From assembly GCA_965649765.1 (NCBI GenBank), contig OZ287756.1, positions 57,350,001 to 57,414,000 on the forward strand: a DNA stretch of 64,000 nt, given 5' to 3'. Under the pieces are notes generated by a model that was not told where the DNA came from, did not search any database, and worked only from the letters and a program-made list of their open reading frames with translations. Below are positions 62,681-64,000 of this stretch, piece after piece. Within the stretch, counting starts at the first letter, position 1; each line of letters opens with the position of its first letter. Origin of the DNA: Bispira polyomma (Eukaryota). Position numbers and translations under genes: made by a program.

Positions 62681-64000
62681 ATGGGTTTCAGAATAAAATT
62701 CTGGACACTAATTTTCGTTGTCTTCCTTCTCTGCAGCAATCCTGCTGAGATGAGAGAAAAGACGACATTTACCAAGGTGAGTGGATGTAATTTGTCGATG
62801 TAATCTTCATAATGACGAGTTCTAAGATACGACAAAAAATAACTGCAATATATAATAACAATATACCAAAACACCAGCTAGATTTTATTAACATAGATTA
62901 TATTTTAAATATGCAGCTTTATAAATTTGTAAATAACAAAAGCAGTTATGTATAAATAGAAATAAGGTTTCTTTGTATACTAATATATGTGTAGGCAATT
63001 AAAACATATATACCTGTGCTGTTTTAAACCAATATAAATCAATGAAATCACTTGATTAAGAATACACCTAGATTTTATAAATACTCACTTTTCTATTTCT
63101 GCCAAATATAATGATTCTTGTTTGTTTGTTGTCATTTCAGGACAATTTTGAAGTACACAGGGCCATTCTGAAGGAGCATGAAAGTATTCCCCCAATTCCT
63201 TTGAGGAGGGTGAGCCCCTTAATCCAGAATGGTCCACTTATGATGATGATGATGATGATGATGATGGCTGGGATGTTCCCACTTGGTCATTGGATGATAG
63301 CATGGATCAGCAATTTGATTCACTGGATGATGGCATGAACCAGCAATTTGATTCACTGGATGATGGTATGGACCAGCAATTTGATTCACTGGATGATAGT
63401 TTGGACCAGCAATCTGATGAGGAATCTGATGAACCATTCAAAAGATTTGTTGACGTCAGTGAATATATTGATGATTTTGATTTCTTGAATCAAGATCTGT
63501 ATTATGTTTCTGAGGAGGATGAGCAACTTTTGAACATTAAACAACATGACAGAGCAGAAATTAGGAACAGGAGTGATATCTCAAGCAAAACTTCAAAAAC
63601 TTTGCAACTTGGCAAAGGTGATGAGTTTGAGATATTTGACATCGACACCACCAAAGATGATGGCAAACTAAAGTTTAATGACAAACCATCCTTTACCCAT
63701 AAAGCCCAAAATGCTGTCTTTGTCACAAATACTGCAGAAGGTACTGGACAGTTTAAAAATATGGACGATACTCAACTTACTGGTAAAAAATTGGAAAAAG
63801 AAGCCAAAGAAGATACGCAACTTACTGGTGAAAACTTGGAGAAAGAAGTCAAAGAAGATATACTTGATAATGTTTTATCTCCTGTGGCAAGCACAGTTTT
63901 AAATAGCACATCATGTATAACAGGATTTATGGACAGTACAACTGATATTAAACTGGGTATTCTTTTGGATGCACCCCACTTTCTGATGGATTTTACACAA
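62681..64000 (+). CDS. Secreted acidic (Asp-rich) repeat protein; partial, with an apparent 1-nt frameshift
   Basis: Exon 62681-62776 encodes a signal peptide and ends AAG|GTGAGT; acceptor TTTCAG|63141. The Asp-rich frame is open from 63182 to the window end. Confidence 0.65.

Noticed and set aside
63111-63437. Poly-Met ORF (63111-63338) and poly-His ORF (63219-63437)
   Set aside because: These are alternative readings of the (GAT)n poly-Asp tract; the Asp frame is the long open one.

Overview
AT-rich eukaryotic genomic DNA, most likely from an invertebrate (C1q-domain genes, an intronless rhodopsin-like GPCR, tRNA-derived SINEs). It is dominated by tyrosine-recombinase retrotransposons of the Ngaro type (gag, RT/RNase H, YR, no methyltransferase, split direct repeats A1-ORFs-B1-A2-spacer-B2). 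E1 (3836..11023, minus) is intact. E3 (28220..34702, plus) and E4 (36049..42382, minus) are near-intact with nonsense mutations. E2 (about 1480..14700, plus) is degenerate and is interrupted by a hAT-like element that itself holds E1. A 5' remnant of a fifth element sits at about 54225. Comparing the copies by eye suggests a shared expression and integration scheme. (i) All four YR ORFs start at a phase-1 splice acceptor, and all three readable gags have a phase-1 donor just after the coiled coil, predicting a spliced Gag-YR fusion. (ii) Gag-Pol is predicted to arise by -1 frameshifting (A_AAA_AAC plus hairpin) in E1 and E3, but by in-frame UAG readthrough in E4. (iii) The B|A circle junction is an imperfect palindrome, ACTG|T-(31-33 nt loop)-CAGT, conserved in structure but not in sequence, and insertion leaves no TSD. 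Host genes are two paralogous 3-exon secreted C1q-domain genes, a GPCR whose N-terminus is cut by a SINE, a GPCR pseudogene fragment, and the start of an acidic secreted protein gene. All calls were made by eye; no database searches or folding programs were run.
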